Assembly: GCA_021769525.1 (NCBI GenBank)
Contig: JAETSQ010000003.1
Location: 36,151 to 100,150 of the forward strand
DNA length: 64,000 nt
Origin: Oscillospiraceae bacterium
GTDB lineage: Bacteria > Bacillota > Clostridia > Oscillospirales > Ruminococcaceae
Direction of reading: 5' to 3'
Shown: positions 1 to 8,514 of the stretch, one piece after another
Layout of the letters: the number at the start of each line of letters is the position of its first letter
How positions within the stretch are numbered: the first letter of the stretch is position 1
Made by a program: the position numbers and the translations under genes
Notes under the pieces: generated by a model
What the model was told of the DNA's origin: nothing
Seen by the model: the letters and a program-made list of their open reading frames with translations, nothing else
The model's database searches: none

Positions 1-165
1 GGTGACCCGCATATACACCAGGATGATGATGGCCGCGATGAGGGAGCGCAGCCCGCAGATCACCGCCGCGTGCCAGGGCAGGAGCTTGATGAACAGCCCG
101 CCAATGCTCCAGAGAAAGGCGCAGAGGCACATGAGGAGCATCGCTTTTTTTTCGCTGATCTGCAT
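1..165 (-). CDS. DMT/EamA-family transporter, N-terminal part (runs off window)
   Basis: Not in the ORF track. My translation from ATG at 165: MQISEKKAMLLMCLCAFLWSIGGLFIKLLPWHAAVICGLRSLIAAIIILVYMRVT, with EamA-like 'LWS.GG.FIK' and 'R..IA' patterns and an upstream SD. Confidence 0.75.
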   Translation of the reverse strand, partial: MQISEKKAMLLMCLCAFLWSIGGLFIKLLPWHAAVICGLRSLIAAIIILVYMRVT

Positions 166-245
166 AGGATGGATCCTTCCTTTAGCTTTAGAGATAGTGT
201 GGATGCGGCGGTTTTGCCGTTCCGGAGGGAGTGCGTAACTTTTTA

Positions 246-293
246 ACTCCCTCAGCCAGCCTTACGGCTGACAGCTCCCTCAGCGAGGGAGCC
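246..293. repeat. REP-like double-hairpin element
   Basis: Hairpins cagcc-ttac-ggctg and gctccctc-agc-gagggagc. Related units at 40411-40549. Confidence 0.7.
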
Positions 294-307
294 TAGGAGA
301 AGTGCTC

Positions 308-336
308 TTGACAAAGGGTGTCCCATGGGGTAAAAT
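308..336 (+). promoter_or_regulatory. sigma-A promoter of the MBOAT operon
   Basis: TTGACA (308-313), 17 bp, TAAAAT (331-336). Confidence 0.75.
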
Positions 337-502
337 CATCTGTAGTTTAATGTCGTTAAACCTCGAAAAATGGGAAGCTCTCCCGAACCTTGGTTATTGG
401 GCGGGCCGCGGGAAAAGATACCCTTGTAATTCTACTAAAAAAAGGGTATCATTACAAGTGCCCGCAAAAATTTTGTCGAAAAACAGAAGGGGGCCGCAGC
501 CT

Positions 503-1918
503 TTGGTTTTCTCCAACCTTTTCTTTCTATATATATTTCTCCCCGCCAATATCATCCTCTACTTCGCCGTCCCCTCCATCCGGATGAAGAACGCCGTCAT
601 GGTCTGCTTTTCCCTGGTCTTCTACGCCTGGGGGGAACCGGTGTGGGTCTTCCTCCTCATCGCCACCGCCCTCATCAACTGGCTGCTGGCCCTGCACATC
701 CAAAAGCACCTGGAGGAGCCGGACCGTTTGGAGGCCCGCTGCGCCCTCATCGCGGCGGTGGTGCTGGACCTCTCCCTGCTGGTGCTCTTTAAGTACACCG
801 GCTTTCTGTACGAGAACATCAACGCCCTCTTTGGCACCAGCTTTGTGGGGCCGGGGCTGGTGCTGCCCATCGGCATCAGCTTCTACACCTTCCAGATCAT
901 CTCCTACATGGCGGATGTGTACCGCCGGGACGTGGAGGCCCAGCCCAGCTTTGTGAAGTTCCTGATGTACGTCACCATGTACCACCAGCTTGTGGCGGGG
1001 CCCATCGTCCGCTACCGGTGGATCGCCCAGGAGATCGACCATCGGAAGAGCGACCCCGCTGAGGTTTGGGGAGGCCTCTGCCGGTTCTGTGTGGGCCTCT
1101 GCAAAAAGGTGGTGGTGGCCAACGCCGCCGGCAAGCTGGCGGGGCAGTACCTGGATGGGGACCTGGGCCGCCTCACCACCGCCGGGGCCTTCTTCGGCAT
1201 CCTGATGTTCACCCTCCAGATCTACTACGACTTCTCCGCCTACTCGGATATGGCCATCGGCATGGGCCGGGTCTTCGGCTTCCACTACATGGAGAACTTC
1301 AACTACCCCTACATCGCCCGGTCGGTCACCGACTTCTGGCGGCGGTGGCACATCTCCCTCTCCTCCTTCTTCCGGGATTACGTCTACATCCCCCTGGGGG
1401 GCAGGTACCGCCACCAGCTGCGGAACATCTGCATCGTCTGGCTCCTAACCGGGCTTTGGCACGGGGCCAGTTGGAACTTCGTCCTGTGGGGGGTGTGGTA
1501 CGGGTTCCTGCTCATCCTGGAAAAGACCTTCCTCCTGCGGTGGCTGGAGCGCCTCCCCGGCTTTGTGGGCTGGCTCTGGTCCACCCTGGCGGTGCTGGTG
1601 GGGTGGAGCATCTTCTATTTTGTGGATGCCCGGCGGCTCCTGGAGTTCCTGCCCATCCTCTTCGGCGGGCGGCTGGCCCCGGACCCCGGTCTTTGGGTCA
1701 CCGTCCAGAACCAGATCTTCTGGCTGGCGCTCTCCCTGGCCTTCTGCGCCCCCATCCTGCCGGGGCTGAAAAATCTGGCCGCCCGGTACGCCGACGGGGA
1801 GGGGAAGCAGGCGGGGGTGGTGCTGCTCCAGGCGGTCTGCTGCCTGCTGCTGGTGATGGTCTCCACCGCCTACCTGGTGGGCCAGAGCTACAACCCCTTT
1901 TTGTACTTCCGATTCTGA
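503..1918 (+). CDS. MBOAT family O-acyltransferase (AlgI/PatA/DltB-like)
   Basis: Likely TTG start at 503 after SD gaagggg (MVFSNLFFLYIFLP). Motifs LPIGISFYTFQ, DFSAYSDMAIG, FWRRWHISLSSFFRDYVYIPLGG, GLWHGA, YNPFLYFRF. Confidence 0.93.
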   Translation: MVFSNLFFLYIFLPANIILYFAVPSIRMKNAVMVCFSLVFYAWGEPVWVFLLIATALINWLLALHIQKHLEEPDRLEARCALIAAVVLDLSLLVLFKYTGFLYENINALFGTSFVGPGLVLPIGISFYTFQIISYMADVYRRDVEAQPSFVKFLMYVTMYHQLVAGPIVRYRWIAQEIDHRKSDPAEVWGGLCRFCVGLCKKVVVANAAGKLAGQYLDGDLGRLTTAGAFFGILMFTLQIYYDFSAYSDMAIGMGRVFGFHYMENFNYPYIARSVTDFWRRWHISLSSFFRDYVYIPLGGRYRHQLRNICIVWLLTGLWHGASWNFVLWGVWYGFLLILEKTFLLRWLERLPGFVGWLWSTLAVLVGWSIFYFVDARRLLEFLPILFGGRLAPDPGLWVTVQNQIFWLALSLAFCAPILPGLKNLAARYADGEGKQAGVVLLQAVCCLLLVMVSTAYLVGQSYNPFLYFRF

Positions 1919-1956
1919 GAATTTGTACCATACCGCTTCTAACGAGGTGACATATC

Positions 1957-3369
1957 ATGGCACAGTATGAGAAGAAAAACGAAACGGAGGGAAAGTACGC
2001 GGCCCCCTCCCGCGGCATCTATCGCCGGGCCTGCCAGGGGGCGGCGGTCTTTTTGGTGACGGTGCTGGCCCTGGTGGGGGTCCTCTCCCTGGTGCTCCCC
2101 AAGCCCACCGTTTCCGTCTACGAAAAGCGGGAGCTGGCTTCCTTCCCCGCCTTCTCCCCCAAGGCCCTGTGGAGCGGGGAGTGGCTGCGGGACTTTGAGG
2201 CCTATTATGCCGATACCTTCCCCGGCCGGGACGGCTTCATCGCAGCCGCCGCCATCCTGGATGACTGGAAGGGCGTCCGGGGGGAGGATGAGATCAAGAT
2301 CTATACCCAGCCCTCCGGGGGCAGCCAGTCCTCCTCTCCCGCCAGCCCTCCCCCCCCGTCCTCCCAGCCGGCGCCTTCCTCTTCCCAGCCGGCCCCCGGA
2401 CCGGGGGATATAAAGGACTCCTCCCAGCCGGAGGAAAGCTCCGCCTCCTCTGTCCCGGATGCCCCCCCGGAGGTGCCGGACGGCTACCTCACCGAGGGGT
2501 ACTGCATCGTGGGGGACCGGGGGATGACCCTCTTCGGCGGCTACCGCCCGGTGGCGGAGCAGTACGCCGGCATCCTGACCAAATTTGCCGACCGTCTGGG
2601 GGGGCAGGCCAAGGTCTATAATATCGTGGTGCCCTGCTCCGGGGAGTTCTATCTGCCGGAAAAATACCGGTCCCTCTCCAACTCCCAGAAGGAGAACATC
2701 CAGTACCTCTATTCCCAGATGGGGGAGAGCGTCACCACCGTGGACGCCTACAGCTGGATCGCCCAGAACACCGATAAATACCTCTACTTCCGCACCGACC
2801 ACCACTGGACCGCCCTGGGGGCCTACTACGCCTATGTGGCCTTCTGCCGGGCCGCCGGGCTGGAGGAGGTGAATATCTCCCAGGTGGAAAAGCGCACCAT
2901 CCAGCCCTTCCTGGGCACTGTCTACAACGCCACCAGGGACCCACGCCTGGAGGAGAATCCCGACTGGGTGGATTACTACATCACCGCGCCAAACGCCACC
3001 GCCCAGCTGTGGATGAAGGGCTACGCCCAGCCCCTGGAGGTGTTCCCGTGGTCCGAGTCCTCCGCCGGGGGCAACAGCTACGGGGTGTTCATCTGGGCGG
3101 ATAACCCCCTCTTCGCCGTCCACAACCCGGATGTCCAGAACGGCAGGAAGGTCCTGGTGCTGAAGGAATCCTACGGCAACGCCTTCGTCCCCTGGCTCTT
3201 TGCCAACTTTGAGGACACCTATGTCATCGACTACCGGCACAGCGAGCAGTCGGTCTATAACTTCGTGGTGGAAAACGGCATCGATACCGTCATCTTCATC
3301 AACAATTCCTTTGCCGCCAACACCGGCTTCCATGCCCAGCGCATCGATTACCTCTGTAATCAGCTGTAG
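1957..3369 (+). CDS. DHHW family protein (AlgX/AlgJ/PatB-like extracellular acetyltransferase partner)
   Basis: N-terminal TM, S/P-rich linker, YFRTDHHWT motif, KESYGN; directly follows the MBOAT gene. Confidence 0.88.
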   Translation: MAQYEKKNETEGKYAAPSRGIYRRACQGAAVFLVTVLALVGVLSLVLPKPTVSVYEKRELASFPAFSPKALWSGEWLRDFEAYYADTFPGRDGFIAAAAILDDWKGVRGEDEIKIYTQPSGGSQSSSPASPPPPSSQPAPSSSQPAPGPGDIKDSSQPEESSASSVPDAPPEVPDGYLTEGYCIVGDRGMTLFGGYRPVAEQYAGILTKFADRLGGQAKVYNIVVPCSGEFYLPEKYRSLSNSQKENIQYLYSQMGESVTTVDAYSWIAQNTDKYLYFRTDHHWTALGAYYAYVAFCRAAGLEEVNISQVEKRTIQPFLGTVYNATRDPRLEENPDWVDYYITAPNATAQLWMKGYAQPLEVFPWSESSAGGNSYGVFIWADNPLFAVHNPDVQNGRKVLVLKESYGNAFVPWLFANFEDTYVIDYRHSEQSVYNFVVENGIDTVIFINNSFAANTGFHAQRIDYLCNQL

Positions 3370-3383
3370 CCGATCTGGCGATT

Positions 3384-3466
3384 CTGGGGCGTTGCCCCAG
3401 CCCCCACTTCTTTTTCCTTTCGCGGGAAAAGAAAAAGAAGCAAAAAGAAAAGCGGCCAAAGTCCTT
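3384..3466 (+). repeat. Bipartite hairpin repeat, copy 1
   Basis: ctggggc-gtt-gccccag, then a 15-bp stem (14/15 paired) with GCGG loop, then caaaaagaa. Only 3 mismatches to the reverse complement of 40608-40690. Confidence 0.85.
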
Positions 3467-3487
3467 AAAAGAAAGGAGGCTCCCGCC

Positions 3488-4498
3488 ATGAAGCGACGAT
3501 TCCTTGCCGGCCTGCTGGCCCTCTGCCTGCTGGCGGGGTGCGGCCCCGACCTGGCCCGCTACCCCAGGGTGGAGCCCTCCTCCCGGACGGTGGAACCCCA
3601 GACCATCACCATCGATGTGCCCCAGAACGCGGACCAGGTGACCCAGAGCGCTGTCAACCAGCTGGGGGCGGCCCTGCTGGAGCTTTCCGACGGGGCCATC
3701 ACCCTGGAGGTGGTCTCCTCCAACAATCCCGCCCTGGCCCTGGCCCACGGGGCCACCCAGCTGGCCCTGCTGGAAAATCAGGACCTCATCGCCGCCGACC
3801 CCTCCATGGGCTTTTTGGACTGGCCCTTCCTGATGGACGGGGTGGAATCGTACCTGGCGGTCATGGGGGCGGAGGACGGAGCGGTGCGGGGCAGCGGTTC
3901 CCTCCGGGAGGCCCTGGGAGGAGAGATCATCGGCCTGTGGTATCAGGGCCGCACCGTTCTCCTCTGCCGGGGGACCTTCTACCCGGAGATCGGCTTTGCC
4001 GGCACCTCTGTGGGGGTGCTGGAGGACCGGGAGGGCTCCGGCTACTTTGAGGGTATGCTGGAGGACCTGCGGGCGGTGAAGATGTACACCGGCAGCCCGG
4101 AGGAGCTCCGGGGCTATCTGGAAAACCGGACGGTGAAGTTCCTGGAATATCCCCTGGAGGAGCTGGACGCCGAGGACCTCCCCCAGGAGCTGAAATGCCT
4201 GGAGGACACCGCCCACCGGGTCCGGGGGATGTGGCTGGTGCTGGGGAAGGACGCGGTGGAGGAGGAGACCGCCCAGATCATCCGGGCGGCGGCGGCCTAT
4301 GTGCCCCAGTCGGTCTTTACCGCCCGCACCCGCCAGGAGGAGGAACTGTTCCAGGCGCTGGAGGCCCAGGAGATACCGGTGCGCCGGGGGGACTACACGA
4401 TGCTGAACCGGGCGGCGCGGGAATACTTCCGCAAAAATTACCAGGAGCTGGGGATGAGCCAGCGGGCCTGGGACCAGATCCTTCCGGTTTTGCCATAG
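3488..4498 (+). CDS. Divergent TRAP-type (DctP-like) substrate-binding lipoprotein
   Basis: ATG 3488 after SD aaggagg. Lipobox LLAGC. DctP-like segments (ELSDGAITLEV, FLDWPFL). No DctQ/M nearby. Confidence 0.6.
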   Translation: MKRRFLAGLLALCLLAGCGPDLARYPRVEPSSRTVEPQTITIDVPQNADQVTQSAVNQLGAALLELSDGAITLEVVSSNNPALALAHGATQLALLENQDLIAADPSMGFLDWPFLMDGVESYLAVMGAEDGAVRGSGSLREALGGEIIGLWYQGRTVLLCRGTFYPEIGFAGTSVGVLEDREGSGYFEGMLEDLRAVKMYTGSPEELRGYLENRTVKFLEYPLEELDAEDLPQELKCLEDTAHRVRGMWLVLGKDAVEEETAQIIRAAAAYVPQSVFTARTRQEEELFQALEAQEIPVRRGDYTMLNRAAREYFRKNYQELGMSQRAWDQILPVLP

Positions 4499-4507
4499 GT
4501 ATAAAGG

Positions 4508-4534
4508 AAAAGCAGGGTAGCCCCCTGCTTTTTT
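4508..4534. terminator. Bidirectional intrinsic terminator
   Basis: aaaagcaggg-tagcc-ccctgctttttt between convergent genes. Confidence 0.8.
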
Positions 4535-4549
4535 CTATTAAATTGCGAT

Positions 4550-5353
4550 TTATCCCTTGAAATCGGAGGGAAAATCCGGGCGGTACCGGCGGATCTCCTC
4601 CAGCAGGCCGGGGAGGGAGGTGCGGGGGATGGGCAGCTCCAGGCCGCCCTCCATCCGGAGCACCGGCGGGGAGGCCTTCCGGTCCACCTCCCGCAGGTAG
4701 TCCAGGTTCACAAGCTGGGCGGCGGAGACCTGGGAAAAATTCTGGTGCAGCAGCAGATAGCGCACCACCTGGGGAAAGGGCCGCCGCAGGGTGGAGCTGC
4801 GCACCGCTTCGCCCTCCGCCGTCCGGCAGGTGATGATGTGGTCATCGTAGGAGAGGTGGACCACCGAGGAAAAGGGCAGCTCCCGCGGTCCCTCCGGGGT
4901 GGGGAAGAGGAGCATCGGCGGCGGTGTCCCCGGCTGCCGGAGGGGCTCCTCTTCGGGGGCCTCCTCCCGGATGAGCCGCTCCAGCACCCGGAAGAGAAGG
5001 TAATCATCCACCGGCTTGCAGATGCAGGCGGCCAGGCCCAGGGGGTCGCTGGGGATGGGCCGGGGGAAGGCGGCGGAGGGCAGGGCGGTGAAGCCCACCA
5101 GGTCCCCGTCTGGAAAGGACCGGCGCAGCAGGGCCTCCGGGGAGAGGTTCCCCATCCAGGGCTGGTAGCCGTGGTCCAAAAGGCAGAGGGAAAAGCGGCG
5201 TCCCGCCGCCAGGCGGTCCAGCAGGTCGTACAAGGAGTGGAACCGGCGCACCTCCATGGGGGGAGCCGGATGGGCCTGGCCGTATGCCGAAAGGAGGCCG
5301 GCCAGGTGCTCCAGCTGGGTGACGTTGTCGCTGCAAAGGGCAATGCTCGGCAT
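4550..5353 (-). CDS. LytTR-family response regulator (atypical receiver)
   Basis: ATG 5353 after SD aggagg. Receiver-like N-terminus (IALCSD..., LLD, CKP) and LytTR C-terminus (FSQVSAAQLVNL, LPIPR). Confidence 0.8.
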   Translation of the reverse strand: MPSIALCSDNVTQLEHLAGLLSAYGQAHPAPPMEVRRFHSLYDLLDRLAAGRRFSLCLLDHGYQPWMGNLSPEALLRRSFPDGDLVGFTALPSAAFPRPIPSDPLGLAACICKPVDDYLLFRVLERLIREEAPEEEPLRQPGTPPPMLLFPTPEGPRELPFSSVVHLSYDDHIITCRTAEGEAVRSSTLRRPFPQVVRYLLLHQNFSQVSAAQLVNLDYLREVDRKASPPVLRMEGGLELPIPRTSLPGLLEEIRRYRPDFPSDFKG

Positions 5354-5367
5354 AGGGGCGTTTCCTC

Positions 5368-6651
5368 CTATTGGTTCAGGGCCTGGTCCAGGTCCCAGAG
5401 GATGTCGTCGATGTGCTCGGTGCCGACGGAAAGGCGGATGGTGCTGGGGGAGATGCCCGCCGCGGCCTGCTCCTCCCGGCTCATCTGGCCATGGGTGGTG
5501 GTGGCGGGGTGGATGACCAGGCTCTTGACATCCGCCACATTGGCCAGGAGGGAGAAGATCTTGAGGCGGTTGCAGAAGTCCAGGGCCGCCGCCTCCCCGC
5601 CCCTTACGCAGAAGGTGAAGATGGACCCGGCCCCCTGGGGGAAGTACCGGTCGTAGAGCTCCCGGCAGCCGCATTCCGGCAGGCTGGGGTGGCTCACCGA
5701 TTCCACCTGGGGGTGATCTTTCAGGAACTCCACCACCGCCAGGGCGTTTTGCACATGGCGCTCCACCCGCAGGGAGAGGGTCTCCAGCCCCTGGAGGAGG
5801 AGGAAGGCGTTCATGGGGGCAAGGCAGGCTCCCAGGTCCCGGAGGATGACCCCCCGCACGCGGGTGATGTAGGCGGCCCGGCCGGCGGCCTTTACGTAGC
5901 TGAGGCCGTGGTAAGCCGGGTCCGGCTCCACCAGGGAGGGATATTTTCCGCTTTTCTCCCAGTCGAAGGTGCCGCCGTCCACCAGCACGCCGCCGATGGT
6001 GGTGCCGTGTCCCCCCAGGAACTTGGTGGCGGAGTGGACCACAAGGTCCGCCCCGTGCTCCAGGGGCCGGAAGAGGTAGGGGGTGGCAAAGGTGTTGTCC
6101 ACCATCAGGGGGATGCCGTGGCTGTGGGCGGTCCGGGCCACCGCCTCCATATCGATGAGGTCGGAATTGGGGTTGCCCAGGGTCTCCGCAAAGACCAGGC
6201 GGGTGTTTTCCCGGATGGCCTCCTCAAAGGCCCCGGCCCTGTGGGGGTCCACAAAGGTGCAGGTGATGCCGTACCGGGGCAGGGTGTTGGCAAAGACGCT
6301 GTAGGTGCCGCCGTAGATATTGGTGGCGGCCACGATGTGGTCCCCGGCCCCGCAAAGCCCCAGGACGCCCCCCACGATGGCGGCGGCCCCGCTGGCGAAG
6401 GCGGCGGCTCCTACGCCCCCCTCCATGGCGTTTACGCGGGCGGCAAAGACATCGCAGGTGGGGTTGCTGATGCGGGAGTAGACGTACCCGTCCTCCGCCA
6501 GTGCGAACCGATCCGCCGCCTGCCGGGCGTCATCAAAGACGAAGGAAGAGCTCTGGTAGATGGGCACCGCGCGGGCCCCGGTGGCGGGGTCGGCCAGCTC
6601 CTGCCCGGCGTGGAGCTGGATGGTCTCAAATTTCATCGGATGTTCGGACAT
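5368..6651 (-). CDS. metY: O-acetylhomoserine sulfhydrylase / aminocarboxypropyltransferase
   Basis: FETIQLHAGQE, YSRISNPT, PLP lysine motif HSATKFLGGHG, LANVADVKSLVIHPA. Confidence 0.92.
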   Translation of the reverse strand: MSEHPMKFETIQLHAGQELADPATGARAVPIYQSSSFVFDDARQAADRFALAEDGYVYSRISNPTCDVFAARVNAMEGGVGAAAFASGAAAIVGGVLGLCGAGDHIVAATNIYGGTYSVFANTLPRYGITCTFVDPHRAGAFEEAIRENTRLVFAETLGNPNSDLIDMEAVARTAHSHGIPLMVDNTFATPYLFRPLEHGADLVVHSATKFLGGHGTTIGGVLVDGGTFDWEKSGKYPSLVEPDPAYHGLSYVKAAGRAAYITRVRGVILRDLGACLAPMNAFLLLQGLETLSLRVERHVQNALAVVEFLKDHPQVESVSHPSLPECGCRELYDRYFPQGAGSIFTFCVRGGEAAALDFCNRLKIFSLLANVADVKSLVIHPATTTHGQMSREEQAAAGISPSTIRLSVGTEHIDDILWDLDQALNQ

Positions 6652-6831
6652 GGCGATACGCTCCTTCTTAGATCATCGGATATAATTTGATTATACGGCA
6701 TCGGGGCGGATTCGGCAATTGGTTTTTCAAAGAAAATCCGATTGCTTTTCCTCTCCGAACTGTGTAAAATATAAAATAAATGAATAAGAGGAAGAATCGC
6801 GCCAGGGTAAATTGGGAAAGGGGAGAGGACC

Positions 6832-7677
6832 ATGCGGGAAATTCCAGACGTCGTTTACACCCACGCCGGGAGGTTCCACGCCGACGATGTCTTTGGAGCG
6901 GCGCTGTTAAAGATCCTGAAGCCGGAGGTGGCCGTCCGGCGGGTCTTTCAGCTTCCGGAGGGATTTGACGGGATGGCCTTTGACATCGGCTGGGGGGAGT
7001 TTGACCACCACCAGTCCGGGGCTCCGGTGCGGGAGAATGGGGTCCCCTACGCCGCCTTCGGCCTGCTGTGGCGGGAATACGGCGCCTCCATCCTGGGGGA
7101 GACGGAGGCCAGGCGCCTGGACGAGCGCTTTATCCAGGCCATCGACCTGGACGACAACACCGGCTGCGGCGGGGCCATCCCGGAGATGATCGCGGACTTC
7201 AACCCCCGGTGGGACAGCGGGGAGGACCCGGACCGGCGGTTTGCCCAGGCGGTGGAGCTGGCCCGGCAGGTGCTCCAAAACCGCCTGGACTGCATCCTGG
7301 CTACCGGCAGGGCCTACCGCCTGGTGAAGGAGGCCCTGAAGGCCATGGAGGACGGCATCGTGGTGCTGGACACCTACTGCCCCTGGAAGCCCTTTGTGTC
7401 CAAAAGCCCCGCCAAATTCGTGGTGTACCCTTCCCAGCGGGGGGGCTGGAGCGGCCAAGCCGTGCCGGCGCCGGAAAAGGACGGGACGCTGAAATGTCCC
7501 TTCCCCGCCCCCTGGACCGGCAAGAGCCCGGAGGAGCTCTCCGCCATCACCGGCATCCCCACGCTGCGCTTCTGCCACAACAACCGCTTTTTGGTGGCCG
7601 CAGAGACCATGGAGGACGCCCGCGCCGCCTGCCTGCTGGCCCTGGAAGAGGCCAAGAAGAGCAGCGGGAACCACTGA
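6832..7677 (+). CDS. MYG1 family protein (putative exonuclease/hydrolase)
   Basis: THAGRFHADDVF, FDIGWGEFDHHQ, YAAFGLLW, FCHNNRF are MYG1 hallmarks. Confidence 0.9.
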   Translation: MREIPDVVYTHAGRFHADDVFGAALLKILKPEVAVRRVFQLPEGFDGMAFDIGWGEFDHHQSGAPVRENGVPYAAFGLLWREYGASILGETEARRLDERFIQAIDLDDNTGCGGAIPEMIADFNPRWDSGEDPDRRFAQAVELARQVLQNRLDCILATGRAYRLVKEALKAMEDGIVVLDTYCPWKPFVSKSPAKFVVYPSQRGGWSGQAVPAPEKDGTLKCPFPAPWTGKSPEELSAITGIPTLRFCHNNRFLVAAETMEDARAACLLALEEAKKSSGNH

Positions 7678-7696
7678 CGGAACTATCGATCAAGAC

Positions 7697-7952
7697 GCCC
7701 CGGTTTTCCCCCAAAAAAGGGAGGACCGGGGCGCAGAAACTTTCTGCGGAAGGCGGCCGGGGCTCTGCCCCTGGACCCCGCAAGCCTTTGAAAAGGCTTG
7801 AGCGAAACTTTTGGCGGCCCTTCGGGCCAGTGGGAAGAACGGGCTTTCCCCCTAATCCCCCCCGGAGGGCAGGGGGGTACACGGGGGGACTGGTCCCCCC
7901 GTGAGGCGCAGCGGAGCCCGTTAGGGCTCCCCGGACCTTCCGCAGAAGGTCC
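7697..7952. repeat. Cluster of REP-like palindromes between convergent genes
   Basis: At least 7 hairpins, e.g. caagcct-ttgaaa-aggcttg (7781-7800), cacgggggga-ctgg-tccccccgtg (7880-7903), ggaccttc-cgca-gaaggtcc (7933-7952). Confidence 0.75.
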
Positions 7953-8514
7953 CTGCGCCGACGATCCGGGCCCCCAGGAGGTCCGCTTCCTCCCGGTGGT
8001 GGACCACCGCCGCCACCCTGGCCCCGGCGAACCGCTCCCGGAGGAAGGCCGCCGCCCGCTGCCGGTTTTCCGGGTCCAGGCCGGTGAAGGGCTCATCCAG
8101 CAGCAGCAGGGAACTGCCCAGGGCCGCCGCCCGCGCTATGGCTACCCGCCGGGCCATCCCCCCGCTGAGGGCGGAGGGGAGGCTGTCTCCCTCCGCCGCC
8201 AGCCCCAGGGGGGCGAGGAGGGCAAGGAGCTCCTCCCGGCGGGACCGGGGGGAGACCAGGGCCAGATTTTCCAGGACAGTGAGGGAGGGGACCAGGCGGT
8301 TCTCCTGGAACACCATGGAGACCCCCTCCGGGGGGATGCCGCAGACCGTGCCGGAGAGGGGCCTTTCCAGCCCCGCCATCAGCCGCAGGAGGGTGGTCTT
8401 GCCGCAGCCGGAGGGGCCCATCATCGCCACCGGCTCCCCCGGCTTGAGAGCAAGGGAAAGGTCCCGGAAGATCATCCGGCCGGGGTATCCGAAGGTCACA
8501 TGGGAAAGCTCCAT
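7921..8514 (-). CDS. ABC transporter ATP-binding protein (NitT/TauT/SsuB type)
   Basis: ATG 8514 overlapping the permease stop. GPSGCGKTT, LSGGMARR, LLLLDEPF. Confidence 0.88.
   Translation of the reverse strand: MELSHVTFGYPGRMIFRDLSLALKPGEPVAMMGPSGCGKTTLLRLMAGLERPLSGTVCGIPPEGVSMVFQENRLVPSLTVLENLALVSPRSRREELLALLAPLGLAAEGDSLPSALSGGMARRVAIARAAALGSSLLLLDEPFTGLDPENRQRAAAFLRERFAGARVAAVVHHREEADLLGARIVGAGTFCGRSGEP

Noticed and set aside
352-465. c-di-GMP-I or -II riboswitch call for the MBOAT leader
   Set aside because: Only fragments match (AAACC..GAAA..GGGA; TTGGGC..GTGC). The GNRA-capped stem does not pair and conserved downstream motifs are missing. Kept only as an unclassified structured leader.
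302-502. N-terminal extensions in the ORF track (302, 3200, 11690, 12601, 24481, 42096, 47896, 53060, 61574, 62652 etc.)
   Set aside because: They overlap promoters, terminators or upstream genes; better starts with SD sequences exist downstream.
4550-5674. 374-aa ORF suggesting a metY-LytTR fusion or frameshift
   Set aside because: metY has its own stop at 5368 and the LytTR gene has its own SD and ATG at 5353; the extension is an alternate frame of metY.
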